Below, piece after piece: positions 19,312 to 29,378 of a stretch of DNA of 64,000 bases. The notes below the pieces were generated by a model. That model worked only from the letters and a program-made list of their open reading frames with translations. It was not told where the DNA came from and did not search any database. The stretch's first letter is position 1. Every line of letters starts with the position of its first letter. This stretch comes from Fibrobacteria bacterium (lineage in GTDB: Bacteria; Fibrobacterota; Fibrobacteria; UBA11236), in assembly GCA_043732185.1 (NCBI GenBank), contig JAYTHY010000088.1, forward strand, positions 1 to 64,000, in the 5' to 3' direction. The position numbers and the translations under genes are program-made.

Positions 19312-19707
19312 CTAGCGCTTGGAGAACTGGAAGCTGCGGCGTGCGCCGGCTTTACCATACTTCTTACGTTCCACTGCGCGCGAATCACGCGTCAGCAAAC
19401 CATGCTCGCGCAAAGCGGCGCGGTATTCTTCTTTATAAGCAAGCAATGCACGAGCGATGCCCAGGCGCACTGCACCAGCCTGGCCATTGACTCCGCCGCC
19501 AACGGAAGTCACAATGACATCCCATTGCTTGTTGACATTGAGTATGGTCAGCGGCTGTTCTACAATCATCTCACGAATGGCATTGGCAAAAAAATCTGTG
19601 AAGGTGCGCTCGTTGATGGTGCGCTTGCCTGTGCCGGGTTTGATCATAACCCTGGCGATGGCGGTCTTTCTTCTTCCGGTGGCCCGGTAAACTTCCTGGG
19701 TAGCGAT
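19312..19707 (-). CDS. rpsI: 30S ribosomal protein S9 (apparent ATC start)
   Basis: [12 protein letters not shown]...[10 protein letters not shown]...[25 protein letters not shown] lies 5 nt before ATC at 19707. Confidence 0.95.
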   Translation of the reverse strand: MATQEVYRATGRRKTAIARVMIKPGTGKRTINERTFTDFFANAIREMIVEQPLTILNVNKQWDVIVTSVGGGVNGQAGAVRLGIARALLAYKEEYRAALREHGLLTRDSRAVERKKYGKAGARRSFQFSKR

Positions 19708-19746
19708 AAAATCCTCCTGTTACAGCTAATAAATCTTGGAAATGTT

Positions 19747-20178
19747 TTACTTCAGGGAAAGCACTTCGGGCTTTTGGGCCTCGTGTGGATGCTTGACACC
19801 GTCGTAAACGTGAAGTTTGCTCGACATGTGCTTGCCCAAAATCGTGTGGGGAAGCATGCCCTTAATGGCGTGGCGGATCGGGAATCCGGGACGCGAAGCT
19901 TGAACCTGTTCAACAGTCAAGTTGCGCCATCCACCGGGATGGGTGGAGTGATTGAAATAACGCATGGATTCGCGTTTATTCCCTGTCAAAGCAACTTTTT
20001 CCGCATTGATGATAATGACATGATCGCCAAGGTCTTGATTCGGAGACCAAGCTGGCTTGTGTTTGCCCATGATCAAACCGGCGGCTTTGCTTGCCAGACG
20101 GCCGAGTACAACGTCTTGTGCGTCGATAATGAACCATTTTTCTGTAATGGTCGAGGGATTGACCGTAACCGTTTTCAT
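19747..20178 (-). CDS. rplM: 50S ribosomal protein L13
   Basis: WFIIDA...LGRLAS...GKHKP...GDHVIIINAEK...KGMLP...HPHEAQKP. Confidence 0.97.
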   Translation of the reverse strand: MKTVTVNPSTITEKWFIIDAQDVVLGRLASKAAGLIMGKHKPAWSPNQDLGDHVIIINAEKVALTGNKRESMRYFNHSTHPGGWRNLTVEQVQASRPGFPIRHAIKGMLPHTILGKHMSSKLHVYDGVKHPHEAQKPEVLSLK

Positions 20179-20204
20179 TCTGACCCTGTTTATTAAAAAA
20201 ATTA

Positions 20205-20242
20205 GACAGCCAAAGTTAGTTAAGACCGTTGCTCCAGTCAAG
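20205..20242 (-). promoter_or_regulatory. Putative sigma-70 promoter of the rplM operon
   Basis: The minus strand reads TTGACT-N17-TAACTT upstream of rplM. Confidence 0.55.
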
Positions 20243-20410
20243 CGGCAGAAGCCACAATTATAGCCAAATTAAGGAGTCGGAGCCATTGATGGATGCGGCC
20301 GGCTAGTAAGAACGTGCCCAAAATGGACCCAAGAATTGGTTTTGGGCAGTTTTCGCTTAAAAAACCAAAATTTCCTAATATGATCACTCAAATGATAAAA
20401 TGATAGTCCA

Positions 20411-22159
20411 GTGAGAAACCCATTCACCAAAGGCTCTTTTTTTAACCTCCGTTTTGACTCGGCTAACCGAACTTTGCCTCGCACTGCATTACGTCCCAAA
20501 ATCATCACGACCCTGAAGGGGTACAAAAAGCAAGATTTTTTCAACGATTTGATGGCCGGGTCCATTGTAGGCATTGTGGCTCTACCCCTGGCGATAGCCT
20601 TTGCAATCGCTTCCGGTGTCTCGCCAGAAAAAGGATTGGTCACGGCGGTTGTGGCAGGGTTTCTGATTTCTCTACTCAGCGGCAGCCGTGTTCAAATTGG
20701 AGGTCCAACCGGTGCCTTTGTCGTCATTGTTTTTGGCATCATCCAGAAACACGGCGTGGATGGATTGATGTTGGCCACTATCATGGCCGGGATCATGCTG
20801 GTGCTAATGGGGCTGGCAGGCTTCGGCTCCTTCATCAAATTCATTCCACATCCAGTGACAGTGGGATTTACCAGTGGCATTGCAGTTATCATTTTCAGCT
20901 CACAGGTGCGGGATTTTTTCGGCTTAAACATGAACAACGTGCCTGCAGGTTTTTTTTCAAAATGGGCCGCTTTTGCCGGTCACGCCGCCAGTTTCAATAT
21001 ATGGGCATTGGCCATTGGAAGCGCGAGTTTAGTATTCATTATCTTCTGGCCTAAAGTAACTCGTAAGATACCTGGTTCACTCATAACCTTGGTCGGTGCC
21101 ACCGTGTTGGTTTGGGCATTCAAGATTCCGGTGGAAACTATTGGATCGAGATTTGGTTCTGTACCGTCAAGCATTCCCTTTCCATCCCTCCCGCATTTCC
21201 AGTGGGCAGCCTTGCCAGAATTGGTACGCCCGGCTATCACAATCGCTATGCTGGCCGGCATCGAGAGCCTGTTAAGTGCAACTGTTGCGGACGGAATGAT
21301 TGGCGGTCGTCACCGTTCCAACATGGAGTTGGTGGCTCAAGGCATTGGCAATATTGTTACTCCCTTGTTCGGCGGGATTCCGGCTACAGGTGCCATTGCA
21401 AGAACGGCCACCAATGTGCGGAATGGGGGGAGGACACCCGTGGCTGGCATGGTACATTCCATAGTGCTACTGCTGATCATGCTTTTGTTTGGAAGGATGG
21501 CGGTCTTTATCCCCTTATGTGTATTGGCTGCGATTCTGTTAATGGTCGCCTACAATATGTCCGAATGGCGGACCTTCAAAGTCTTGCTGAAAAGTCCACG
21601 TACTGATGTTATTGTTCTGCTCGCTACTTTCTTGCTTACAGTTATTGTTGACTTAACCGTTGCCATTGAAGTGGGGATGGGGCTGGCCATACTTTTCTTT
21701 ATGCGCAATATGTCTGAATCCGTATTAGTCAGCCCCATGGGAGCCGCCGTAGCCGCGGAACAGAGGGCTAATTCGGAACCAGATGTCCTAGTCAAGGGGC
21801 AATTTCCCAAAGGGGTCGAAGTATTTGAAGTGCAAGGGCCGCTTTTCTTTGGAGCCGCACAATGCTTCGAGGAATCCATTCTTATCCAAGGTCAAGCACC
21901 CAAAACCCTGATTCTGCTCATTCAAGAGGTTCGGCATATCGATGCCACGGGCCTGCATGCGTTGGAACAAATCAGTGACCATTGTCGGTTACGCGGCACG
22001 CGTTTCTTGTTGGCGGGCGTGCATGCGCAGCCAAGGCAGGCGATGGAAAAGTCGGGGCTGGCCGAAAAAATCGGTGAAAAGGGCCTGCAGGCTTCTTTGG
22101 ATTCCGCCTTGGCATTGATTGAAAGCCAGGACCATTCAGTTAAAATAAATCCAGTTTGA
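20411..22159 (+). CDS. SulP family anion transporter with STAS domain
   Basis: DLMAGSIVGIVALPLAIAFAIASG, QIGGPTGAF, PATGAIARTATN, GPLFFGAA, IDATG. Confidence 0.95.
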   Translation: MRNPFTKGSFFNLRFDSANRTLPRTALRPKIITTLKGYKKQDFFNDLMAGSIVGIVALPLAIAFAIASGVSPEKGLVTAVVAGFLISLLSGSRVQIGGPTGAFVVIVFGIIQKHGVDGLMLATIMAGIMLVLMGLAGFGSFIKFIPHPVTVGFTSGIAVIIFSSQVRDFFGLNMNNVPAGFFSKWAAFAGHAASFNIWALAIGSASLVFIIFWPKVTRKIPGSLITLVGATVLVWAFKIPVETIGSRFGSVPSSIPFPSLPHFQWAALPELVRPAITIAMLAGIESLLSATVADGMIGGRHRSNMELVAQGIGNIVTPLFGGIPATGAIARTATNVRNGGRTPVAGMVHSIVLLLIMLLFGRMAVFIPLCVLAAILLMVAYNMSEWRTFKVLLKSPRTDVIVLLATFLLTVIVDLTVAIEVGMGLAILFFMRNMSESVLVSPMGAAVAAEQRANSEPDVLVKGQFPKGVEVFEVQGPLFFGAAQCFEESILIQGQAPKTLILLIQEVRHIDATGLHALEQISDHCRLRGTRFLLAGVHAQPRQAMEKSGLAEKIGEKGLQASLDSALALIESQDHSVKINPV

Positions 22160-22205
22160 AAGCCGTCTTTAAGGGACTATTTTTAATTCAGAAGTTGGAT
22201 CAAGT

Positions 22206-22997
22206 ATGCTAGCAAAAACGAAGTTAAAACCCTCTTGGGACTTCACTGCCCCTGGGGTGACTTCCGCCTTCCTGGCAATTTTTGAGCGTATGCCGGATGT
22301 TTTCCTTTTTGCCAAAGATCTGGATGGTCGCTTTACCATGGCGAATTCCATTTTTGTTGAAAAGTGTGGGCTCAGGAATGAACGCGAGCTGCTGGGGCTT
22401 ACTGATTTTGATGTGTTTCCCAGGCATTTAGCCGAGAAATATACCGACGATGACAAGCAGGTTTTACAACAGGGTGAAGCGCTGGTTAATATTGTTGAAC
22501 TGGTTATTCATATCGGAAAAGCTACGGACTGGTATTCGAGCACAAAAGTCCCTGTGCGAGATGCCGCGGGTCGGATCATCGGGCTGGTGGGTTTTACCAG
22601 GGACATCAAAAAAATGGAAACCGGTGCCCGCCATTTCATGGAAATGGGCGAAGTATTCGACTATGTAATGGGCCATTATACGGAAACCATCGACATGGCC
22701 AAATTGGCGTCCCTGGTATGTATTTCCGTCAGTCAATTCGAGCGGCGATTCAAGTCCTTATTTAAAATCTCGCCTTTGAAATATATCACTATGGTCCGCA
22801 TTCACTCCGCGTGCCAAGCTTTGGCGGAGAGCAATGATCGCATCTCGGATATAGCCCTCAATAACGGGTTCTACGATCTCAGCCATTTCAATCGTCAGTT
22901 TAAACGCCAAATGGGCATGTCGCCAAGCGCCTACCGCAAGAAATATACTGGCGCTAAAATCGCCCCTCACCCATGGCTGATTGCCGATGGAGACTAG
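22206..22997 (+). CDS. AraC family regulator with N-terminal PAS domain
   Basis: FAKDLDGRF...GLTDFDVFP (PAS_4); SVSQFERRFK...GFYDLSHFNRQFK (AraC HTH). Confidence 0.92.
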   Translation: MLAKTKLKPSWDFTAPGVTSAFLAIFERMPDVFLFAKDLDGRFTMANSIFVEKCGLRNERELLGLTDFDVFPRHLAEKYTDDDKQVLQQGEALVNIVELVIHIGKATDWYSSTKVPVRDAAGRIIGLVGFTRDIKKMETGARHFMEMGEVFDYVMGHYTETIDMAKLASLVCISVSQFERRFKSLFKISPLKYITMVRIHSACQALAESNDRISDIALNNGFYDLSHFNRQFKRQMGMSPSAYRKKYTGAKIAPHPWLIADGD

Positions 22998-23020
22998 CCG
23001 CGACCAAAAGAAATAATTGC

Positions 23021-23773
23021 TTACGTGCCATGGACGGCATGCGCGAACTCTTTAATCAAAGACTCATTCTGAGTGCCTTCGAAATGGTTTCCAACCACGA
23101 TTACGTGGGCACCTGCTTCTACCCTTTCACGCGCCTGTTGTGGAGTGCGGATGCCGCCTCCAACAATCACTTTCAAATCCACAGCCGCGCGTACCATGGA
23201 TATCATGGGCGCGGGCACGGCGTTTAAAGCACCGCTGCCGGCTTCCAGATAGATCCAGCGCTGTCCCATCAGTTCAGCAGCCATGGCATGGGCCGCGGCG
23301 ATAGCGGCCTTATCGGCAGGGATGGGGCGCGTATTGCTGATGAATTCAACTGCTGTGGTGCGCCCTGATTCTATCAGCATGTAGGCCGTTGGAAAGGCTT
23401 CCATTTTAAGCCCGCGCACCAGCACGGCACCTTTCACCTGTTCGTCAATCAAATACTGGGGATTGCGTCCGCTAATGAGAGTGGTGAATAGAATAGCGTC
23501 CGGACCCGGGGTAACATGCGAGCAACCTCCGGGGAAAAGAATGATGGGGATTTGTGTTTCCTTTTTGAGACCCGCGGCAATTTTAGTGAAGTTGGGATTG
23601 CCAATGAACGAGCCTCCCAGTAGGAGAGCGTCCGCACCCTGTTTGGCCGCCCGCAAGCCGGACTCGATAATGGATTCGGCGCTGGCAGAATCGGGATCGA
23701 GCAGTACGAAAAAAAGAGCCCGGACTTTTTCCAAAGATTGGATGAGACGCGTTTCGATTGGACCCTGAACCAT
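23021..23773 (-). CDS. Geranylgeranylglyceryl phosphate synthase family (PcrB-like, group II type)
   Basis: LLDPD, LLGGS, ILFPG, LISGRNPQYLI, IYLEAGSGA, VGGGIR, VVGN. The ATG overlaps the alaS stop (TAATG). Confidence 0.92.
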   Translation of the reverse strand: MVQGPIETRLIQSLEKVRALFFVLLDPDSASAESIIESGLRAAKQGADALLLGGSFIGNPNFTKIAAGLKKETQIPIILFPGGCSHVTPGPDAILFTTLISGRNPQYLIDEQVKGAVLVRGLKMEAFPTAYMLIESGRTTAVEFISNTRPIPADKAAIAAAHAMAAELMGQRWIYLEAGSGALNAVPAPMISMVRAAVDLKVIVGGGIRTPQQARERVEAGAHVIVVGNHFEGTQNESLIKEFAHAVHGT

Positions 23774-26520
23774 TATCCCCCCAACGTTTGCAAAGTTTGC
23801 AACATTTGATTTAGCCATTTTTCTGCTTCGGCCAAAACTAGACCGAATTTTTCCGGACTCTTGGAACCAGCCTGGGCCCGGTCGGGCTTGCCGCCCCCGC
23901 GGGCATCAGCCACTGCACCCACTGCCTTGACCAAATCACCCGCCTTGACTTTAGCCTGGGCTTCCTTGCCGCAGACGGCATAGATGGACAGGGTGTCATG
24001 GGTCGTGTAGGTCAGCAAGGCTATGCCATTGCGTAGACACGCAGCCAAGCCTTCTATCAATGCGGCTACGTTTTCTTTCGGAACTGTTTTTTCATCAAGG
24101 TTCTCGATAAGGCAAGTGGTCCCATGGAGAAGCTTACCGTGTTCAGCCACTAACGACACGGCCTGCAAGCGTGCTTGCGCGAGCCTGAGATCGAGGACTT
24201 CCTTTTCCAGCACTTTGATGCGTGCAGCGGATTCGAGCGCTTTTTCTGCTTCCTGTCCGGGCTTGGCTTTAAAAACCTTGGAAATTTCTGCCAAGGTTTG
24301 GAATTGACTTTGCATCAATTCCAGCGCACCCAAACCGCTTATGGCTTCCACACGGCGGACTCCGGACGCAATGGAGCTTTCGGAAAGAATTTTTAGAATG
24401 CCGATTTCACCAGTTGCCGAAGCATGGGTTCCCCCACACAGCTCCATACTGAACTCACCCATTTGAATGACGCGAACGCGGTCGCCGTACTTTTCGCCGA
24501 ACAGGGCCATCGCACCCATTTTCTTGGCCTCTTCAATGCCGTGAACGGACACATCGATGGCGCTGTTTCCCTGAATATTTAAATTGACAAGCCGTTCAAC
24601 TTTGTGGATTTCCTCTGGAGTCAAAGCTTGAAAGTGCGTGAAGTCAAAGCGGAATCCGTCCGGACCTACGCGCGAACCCTGCTGTTGAACATGGTTACCG
24701 AGTACTTGGCGCAAAGCGGCGTGCAAAAGATGTGTGGCACTATGGTTGCGCACAATTTTGAACCGGTGGGTGGCGTCTACTTCTGCTCTAAGCCCTTTCA
24801 GTGTTTCGGCACTTAGAATTCCGCCAAGCAAGTCGCATTTGTGCACAATCATATCGAATATTTTAATCGTGTCCAGTACTCTTAAATGGACCGATGGTGT
24901 GCCAGCAGGACCGGGCTGCCCGATTAAGCTGCCTATATCGCCAACTTGACCACCCGCTTCCGCATAGAAGGGTGTGCGATCCAATACCACTAAAATCTGA
25001 TCATTGACTTCGCGATAACGATGGACGTTTACTTCGGTAGCCAGAGTTGTGTAACCGACAAACTCGGTTTCAATGGACGACGACAGCAGTGTCCAGCCTT
25101 CATCGCTGGCAAAGCTCCCATCGAATTTAGCCGCCCCGCGGGCGCGTTCGCGCTGCTCTTCCATGTATTTTGTATAGCCGGCCTCGTCTATGGTCAAGCC
25201 TTTTTCTTCGGCCAGTACCCGCGTGAGATCGGTCGGGAAGCCATAGGTATCGTACAGGGTAAATACATCTGCGCCTGGAATCACCAAAGTATTGCGTCCA
25301 ATGACCTCGGTGGCGATTTTCGCAAAGCGATCGAGACCGAGATCCAAGGTGCGCATAAAGCGTTCTTCCTCGGCGCGGATGACTTGTTCAATATAATCCC
25401 TACGCTGCTGCAGTTCGGGATAAGCCTGGCCCATGGTATCGGCGACGACGCTGACCAACCGGCATAAAAAGGGTTGGGTTTGACCTAAATTCCGGGCGAA
25501 GCGACTGCCTCGACGCAGAATGCGGCGGAGGACATAACCGCGGCCGTCATTGCCAGGCGTGGCTCCATCGGCAATGGCAAAGGACAAAGCGCGCACATGG
25601 TCTGCCATAACTCGGTGCGGGGTTCCTTCCGGTCCCTGGGAATAGGCAACTCCCGAGAGTTCCGCGATGCGGGCAATAATCGGCGCGAAAACATCGGTTT
25701 CATAATTGGACCCGGTGCCCTGGATGACGGATACAATGCGCTCAAAACCCATGCCGGTATCGACATTCTGGCTTTTGAGCGGTTTGAGCTGTCCGCCGGA
25801 TAGCCGTTCGGACTGCATGAACACATTATTCCAAAGTTCAATATATCTGGCATTGGTTCCGTTGACGCCAGCCACCGGATCTTGAAATGTCTCCGCTTGT
25901 GTGGCCAAATCACCCATGTCGAAATGGATTTCCGAACAGGGACCGCAGGGACCGACATCACCCATTTCCCAGAAATTGGATTTTTCTCCGAACCGCATAA
26001 TCCGGTCATGGGAAATATCGGTTTCGGATTTCCAAAGTCCTTCGGCCTCCTCATCATCTTTGTATACAGTTACGAACAATCGATTTTTGGGGAGCTTCCA
26101 AACCTCGGTAAGCAGCTCCCAAGACCAACGAATGGCTTCCTTTTTATAATACTCACCAAAGGACCAGTTTCCGAGCATTTCGAAAAAGGTGTGGTGGTAC
26201 GTGTCCCGGCCCACTTCATCTAGATCGTTGTGCTTACCTGATACGCGGATGCATTTTTGTGAATTGACGACGCGCCGATAGCCTTCGCGATTGTCGCCGA
26301 GCAGGGCGGATTTAAATTGATTCATACCTGCATTGATAAAAAGCAAAGTGGGATCGTCATGCGGGACCACGGGTGAAGATGGCACGTATTGGTGCCCTTT
26401 TCCGATGAAAAAATCGATAAAGCCTTGCCGGACTTCTTGGCCGGTTAAGTAAGGAATACCAAATCCTTTGGAATTGTTGAATAAGGAAGGTGAACTACTC
26501 ATTTTTCGAACTTCTTTCAT
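23773..26520 (-). CDS. alaS: Alanine--tRNA ligase (exact start uncertain)
   Basis: DPTLLFINAGMNQFK, HHTFFEMLGNWSFG, GPCGPCSEI, DTGMGFER, NHSATHLLH, ELCGGTH, RGGGKP. Confidence 0.98.
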   Translation of the reverse strand: MKEVRKMSSSPSLFNNSKGFGIPYLTGQEVRQGFIDFFIGKGHQYVPSSPVVPHDDPTLLFINAGMNQFKSALLGDNREGYRRVVNSQKCIRVSGKHNDLDEVGRDTYHHTFFEMLGNWSFGEYYKKEAIRWSWELLTEVWKLPKNRLFVTVYKDDEEAEGLWKSETDISHDRIMRFGEKSNFWEMGDVGPCGPCSEIHFDMGDLATQAETFQDPVAGVNGTNARYIELWNNVFMQSERLSGGQLKPLKSQNVDTGMGFERIVSVIQGTGSNYETDVFAPIIARIAELSGVAYSQGPEGTPHRVMADHVRALSFAIADGATPGNDGRGYVLRRILRRGSRFARNLGQTQPFLCRLVSVVADTMGQAYPELQQRRDYIEQVIRAEEERFMRTLDLGLDRFAKIATEVIGRNTLVIPGADVFTLYDTYGFPTDLTRVLAEEKGLTIDEAGYTKYMEEQRERARGAAKFDGSFASDEGWTLLSSSIETEFVGYTTLATEVNVHRYREVNDQILVVLDRTPFYAEAGGQVGDIGSLIGQPGPAGTPSVHLRVLDTIKIFDMIVHKCDLLGGILSAETLKGLRAEVDATHRFKIVRNHSATHLLHAALRQVLGNHVQQQGSRVGPDGFRFDFTHFQALTPEEIHKVERLVNLNIQGNSAIDVSVHGIEEAKKMGAMALFGEKYGDRVRVIQMGEFSMELCGGTHASATGEIGILKILSESSIASGVRRVEAISGLGALELMQSQFQTLAEISKVFKAKPGQEAEKALESAARIKVLEKEVLDLRLAQARLQAVSLVAEHGKLLHGTTCLIENLDEKTVPKENVAALIEGLAACLRNGIALLTYTTHDTLSIYAVCGKEAQAKVKAGDLVKAVGAVADARGGGKPDRAQAGSKSPEKFGLVLAEAEKWLNQMLQTLQTLGG

Positions 26521-26699
26521 CGCAATTTTCTCAAGGTACCCAATTTTCGGATACCAACCCAGGCAGACATCGGGTTTAAATGAAACAATCGGTACTCTAA
26601 AGGAGGGAATTTAATTAAAAACCGGGGTTCGGTGGACAAATCAGGTGCCTACCCCTATAATCGACTCAAAGTTTACAACGAAATCAAGGCCTAAAGAAG

Positions 26700-27509
26700 G
26701 TGAAAAATAAAGTCAGGTCTTCCAATCTGGGCATGACTCTCATTGAGGTTGTGGTTGCTATGGTAATTGGTACTGCAATTTCTTTGCTTGCCTATCGGTT
26801 CTATCAAAAATTTGTGCAAGGGTTGGCTCAGCAAAAACAAATATCTTCTCTCCAAGATGGCATTCGCAACGCTTCGGACTGTATCAACCGGTTCTTAATC
26901 GCTGGGGGTGTATCGGGTGATTCACTTTTTTTTGATCCGCATAAAAAATTATCAGCTGACTTTGTAAATGGAGGCCATCGCGTGTTCGATGTAAACGCGG
27001 ATTCATCCACCTTAAGCGTTTATGGAAATTTCTCTGGTAGCGCTGCCAGCCTGGTAAGTCCGGTAGTTGATAAAACAATTCGCTCGGTTAAAACCGACAA
27101 GCCCTGGCTCTTTAAGGCCGGCGGGTATGCCTATATTTATGCCGGCAGCGCCCAAGAGGTTGCCAATATTCTTTCCATATCCGATTCCACCTTAAATCTA
27201 GCCGATGATTTTTTTGCGCCGTATCCAAAAGGCACGCTCATTTTTCCATTGGAAAGAATTAGCGTGCGCTTGGTTAACACAAAGACTCTGCGCGTTTCCA
27301 GGGAAAGTCCAAATGGAGTAGCGTCATTTGTCCGGGATTTCACGCCTACCGAGCATATCGGTGATTCTCTGAATTTTAAAGTAAAAACGGTGGATAAAAA
27401 GGCCGGCCAAATTTCGTACGCGCTCGCTTTCACGGCAAAAACAGGGGCGCCGCCGCACATGGTTTTAGCCCGCCAATCTGACCAAACTGTTTTTGTCAGA
27501 GGATTCTAA
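26700..27509 (+). CDS. Prepilin-type N-terminal cleavage protein (PilW/GspJ-like)
   Basis: Class III signal G|MTLIEVVVAMVI. Confidence 0.85.
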   Translation: MKNKVRSSNLGMTLIEVVVAMVIGTAISLLAYRFYQKFVQGLAQQKQISSLQDGIRNASDCINRFLIAGGVSGDSLFFDPHKKLSADFVNGGHRVFDVNADSSTLSVYGNFSGSAASLVSPVVDKTIRSVKTDKPWLFKAGGYAYIYAGSAQEVANILSISDSTLNLADDFFAPYPKGTLIFPLERISVRLVNTKTLRVSRESPNGVASFVRDFTPTEHIGDSLNFKVKTVDKKAGQISYALAFTAKTGAPPHMVLARQSDQTVFVRGF

Positions 27510-29338
27510 TGAATCCAAAGACGCAATTGAGGACAAACGAGACAGAAAACCAAAAGGGTGCGGTGCTATTTGTGGTGTTGATTCTGGGCATAGTGATGGC
27601 TTTGGTTCTTTTTGTTGTGATGGGGCGTAGCGCCCGGAATAGAATTGACACCGCAAAGAATCTGAAGGGCACCCAGGAATTTTATTTGGCGGACGCGGGA
27701 TTCAACTTTATCAAGACAAAGGTCACGGCGCTTAACATTGAAGGCGGTTCCAAAAAAGTGCAGGCCTTTCTGGATGGTCAAGTGGCAAATGGTTGGCAAA
27801 AATTGGCGTTCAATACCACCGACCAGGGATATTTTCGACTACAGAAATTTAAAATCATACCTGTCCCTCTTTCCATTGAGTTTACGGTTCAAGGGGCCAA
27901 GGACCCGACCCAATTCGCGCTCAGATGGGAAAGCGCCCAAGGGGTATTGAGAGTCCCAAGTTTGGCACGGTATGCCCGGTACGTAGAGGGCAATAGTACA
28001 TTAACCTATACGGGCGGTACCACCGTGGACGGGGAAATTTTGGTGGCCGGCGACATAAATCTTTCCAGCTCTACAGTTAAATTCACCCGCTTAGTGGGTA
28101 CAGGTTCTGACATTATCAACCCGAATTTTGGCCAGTATGATTTTGGATTTCGTTTGAAGCAAGTTGACATTCCCACCTTGAATAATGTGCATGTAAATGA
28201 ATGGGACAATTATATGTACGATGCCAGCAAATACACCCAAACTTTCCAATACTTTGCCAAGAACGGAGGCATCGCCTTCATGGATCAAGATGCGTCTCCC
28301 TTGAACCCGGCTTGGAACAATAAAAACACCACGGGTGCCTGCGCAGACACGGGGCCATGCGACACACTCTTTGCCGGATGTTATGATACACTTAGCGTTT
28401 CTCGCCGCAGTCCGGTGATAGTAGCCGGCAGCGCCGTTGCCGTAGATCTGTCGAGAATTGCCATAGTGGGAGATTCCGTAGTGGTTTTTGTTAGCCCCGT
28501 TGTTTACGATGCCGGTGGGGACGGGATGGACTGGATCGCGCTTGGCCAACCGGAGCGGCGTTACTCCAGACTGCTCGCCACTTTTAAGGACAATGCCGTG
28601 CTCTATTTTCCCGGTGATATTTATTTGACGGGTCAGCTCAAAAATATTCCCATCACCGTTGCATCAGGAGACGATGTCTTTTTGTATGGAAGTTTTATCG
28701 GACCTCTCAAAAGCGAGGTGGATGCCTCCGGGATGCCGGTAACCTTGGGGGTTGTGGCTCAGGATAGGATCTATATCCATGAAAGTTCCTCCCGTGAGTT
28801 AACGATTCGCGCTGCTGTTATAGCTGAAAATGATGAACTGATTTACGATGATGCTTTAGGCGTTGCAGGCTGGCGCTATGGATATGTTTGCCACCGGGAA
28901 ATCTTTGATCCAATGAATCTGCCGGTTAAAGGCAGCCCAGTCCAGTTCTCTAAATATTTCCAGAACAATTATATCTGGGACGATGGTCGTATCAAGCAAT
29001 CTGGATTTGGACGTGAGCCGGAAGAGGAATGCCGGGCGGATGGCACCTGCCCCAACAAAATCATGGAAAGCTACGGCTTCGCAGTATTAGGTTATGCACG
29101 AACCGGTGGCAGTGCATGGAAATTTAAATTTGAAGGGTCTTTAATTACGCGCAACCCAGGTTCCAAAGGCCCTAAAAATGATTGTGGCAGAGGATGGGAT
29201 TGCGATACGGAACCTGGCCGCGTGACCTGGAGCTATGACGATAATTTAGGCGTTGCTTATCCTCCAAAATTTCCAGCGCCGGTGGTGGATGATCGCAATC
29301 CTTCCCAAGTTATCGGATTCAAAAGGAAAAGCTTTTGA
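27509..29338 (+). CDS. PilX-like minor pilin with large C-terminal domain
   Basis: KG|AVLFVVLIL (no E5), FYLADAG; beta-rich C-terminus ending WSYDDNL...PPKFP. Confidence 0.8.
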   Translation: MNPKTQLRTNETENQKGAVLFVVLILGIVMALVLFVVMGRSARNRIDTAKNLKGTQEFYLADAGFNFIKTKVTALNIEGGSKKVQAFLDGQVANGWQKLAFNTTDQGYFRLQKFKIIPVPLSIEFTVQGAKDPTQFALRWESAQGVLRVPSLARYARYVEGNSTLTYTGGTTVDGEILVAGDINLSSSTVKFTRLVGTGSDIINPNFGQYDFGFRLKQVDIPTLNNVHVNEWDNYMYDASKYTQTFQYFAKNGGIAFMDQDASPLNPAWNNKNTTGACADTGPCDTLFAGCYDTLSVSRRSPVIVAGSAVAVDLSRIAIVGDSVVVFVSPVVYDAGGDGMDWIALGQPERRYSRLLATFKDNAVLYFPGDIYLTGQLKNIPITVASGDDVFLYGSFIGPLKSEVDASGMPVTLGVVAQDRIYIHESSSRELTIRAAVIAENDELIYDDALGVAGWRYGYVCHREIFDPMNLPVKGSPVQFSKYFQNNYIWDDGRIKQSGFGREPEEECRADGTCPNKIMESYGFAVLGYARTGGSAWKFKFEGSLITRNPGSKGPKNDCGRGWDCDTEPGRVTWSYDDNLGVAYPPKFPAPVVDDRNPSQVIGFKRKSF

Positions 29339-29378
29339 ACCGCGTACAACTGCAATGGAACTTCCAAGGTGGTAGGAC

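Noticed and set aside
19285..20196. 303-aa plus-strand ORF
   Set aside because: Antisense shadow of rplM-rpsI with no recognisable motifs.
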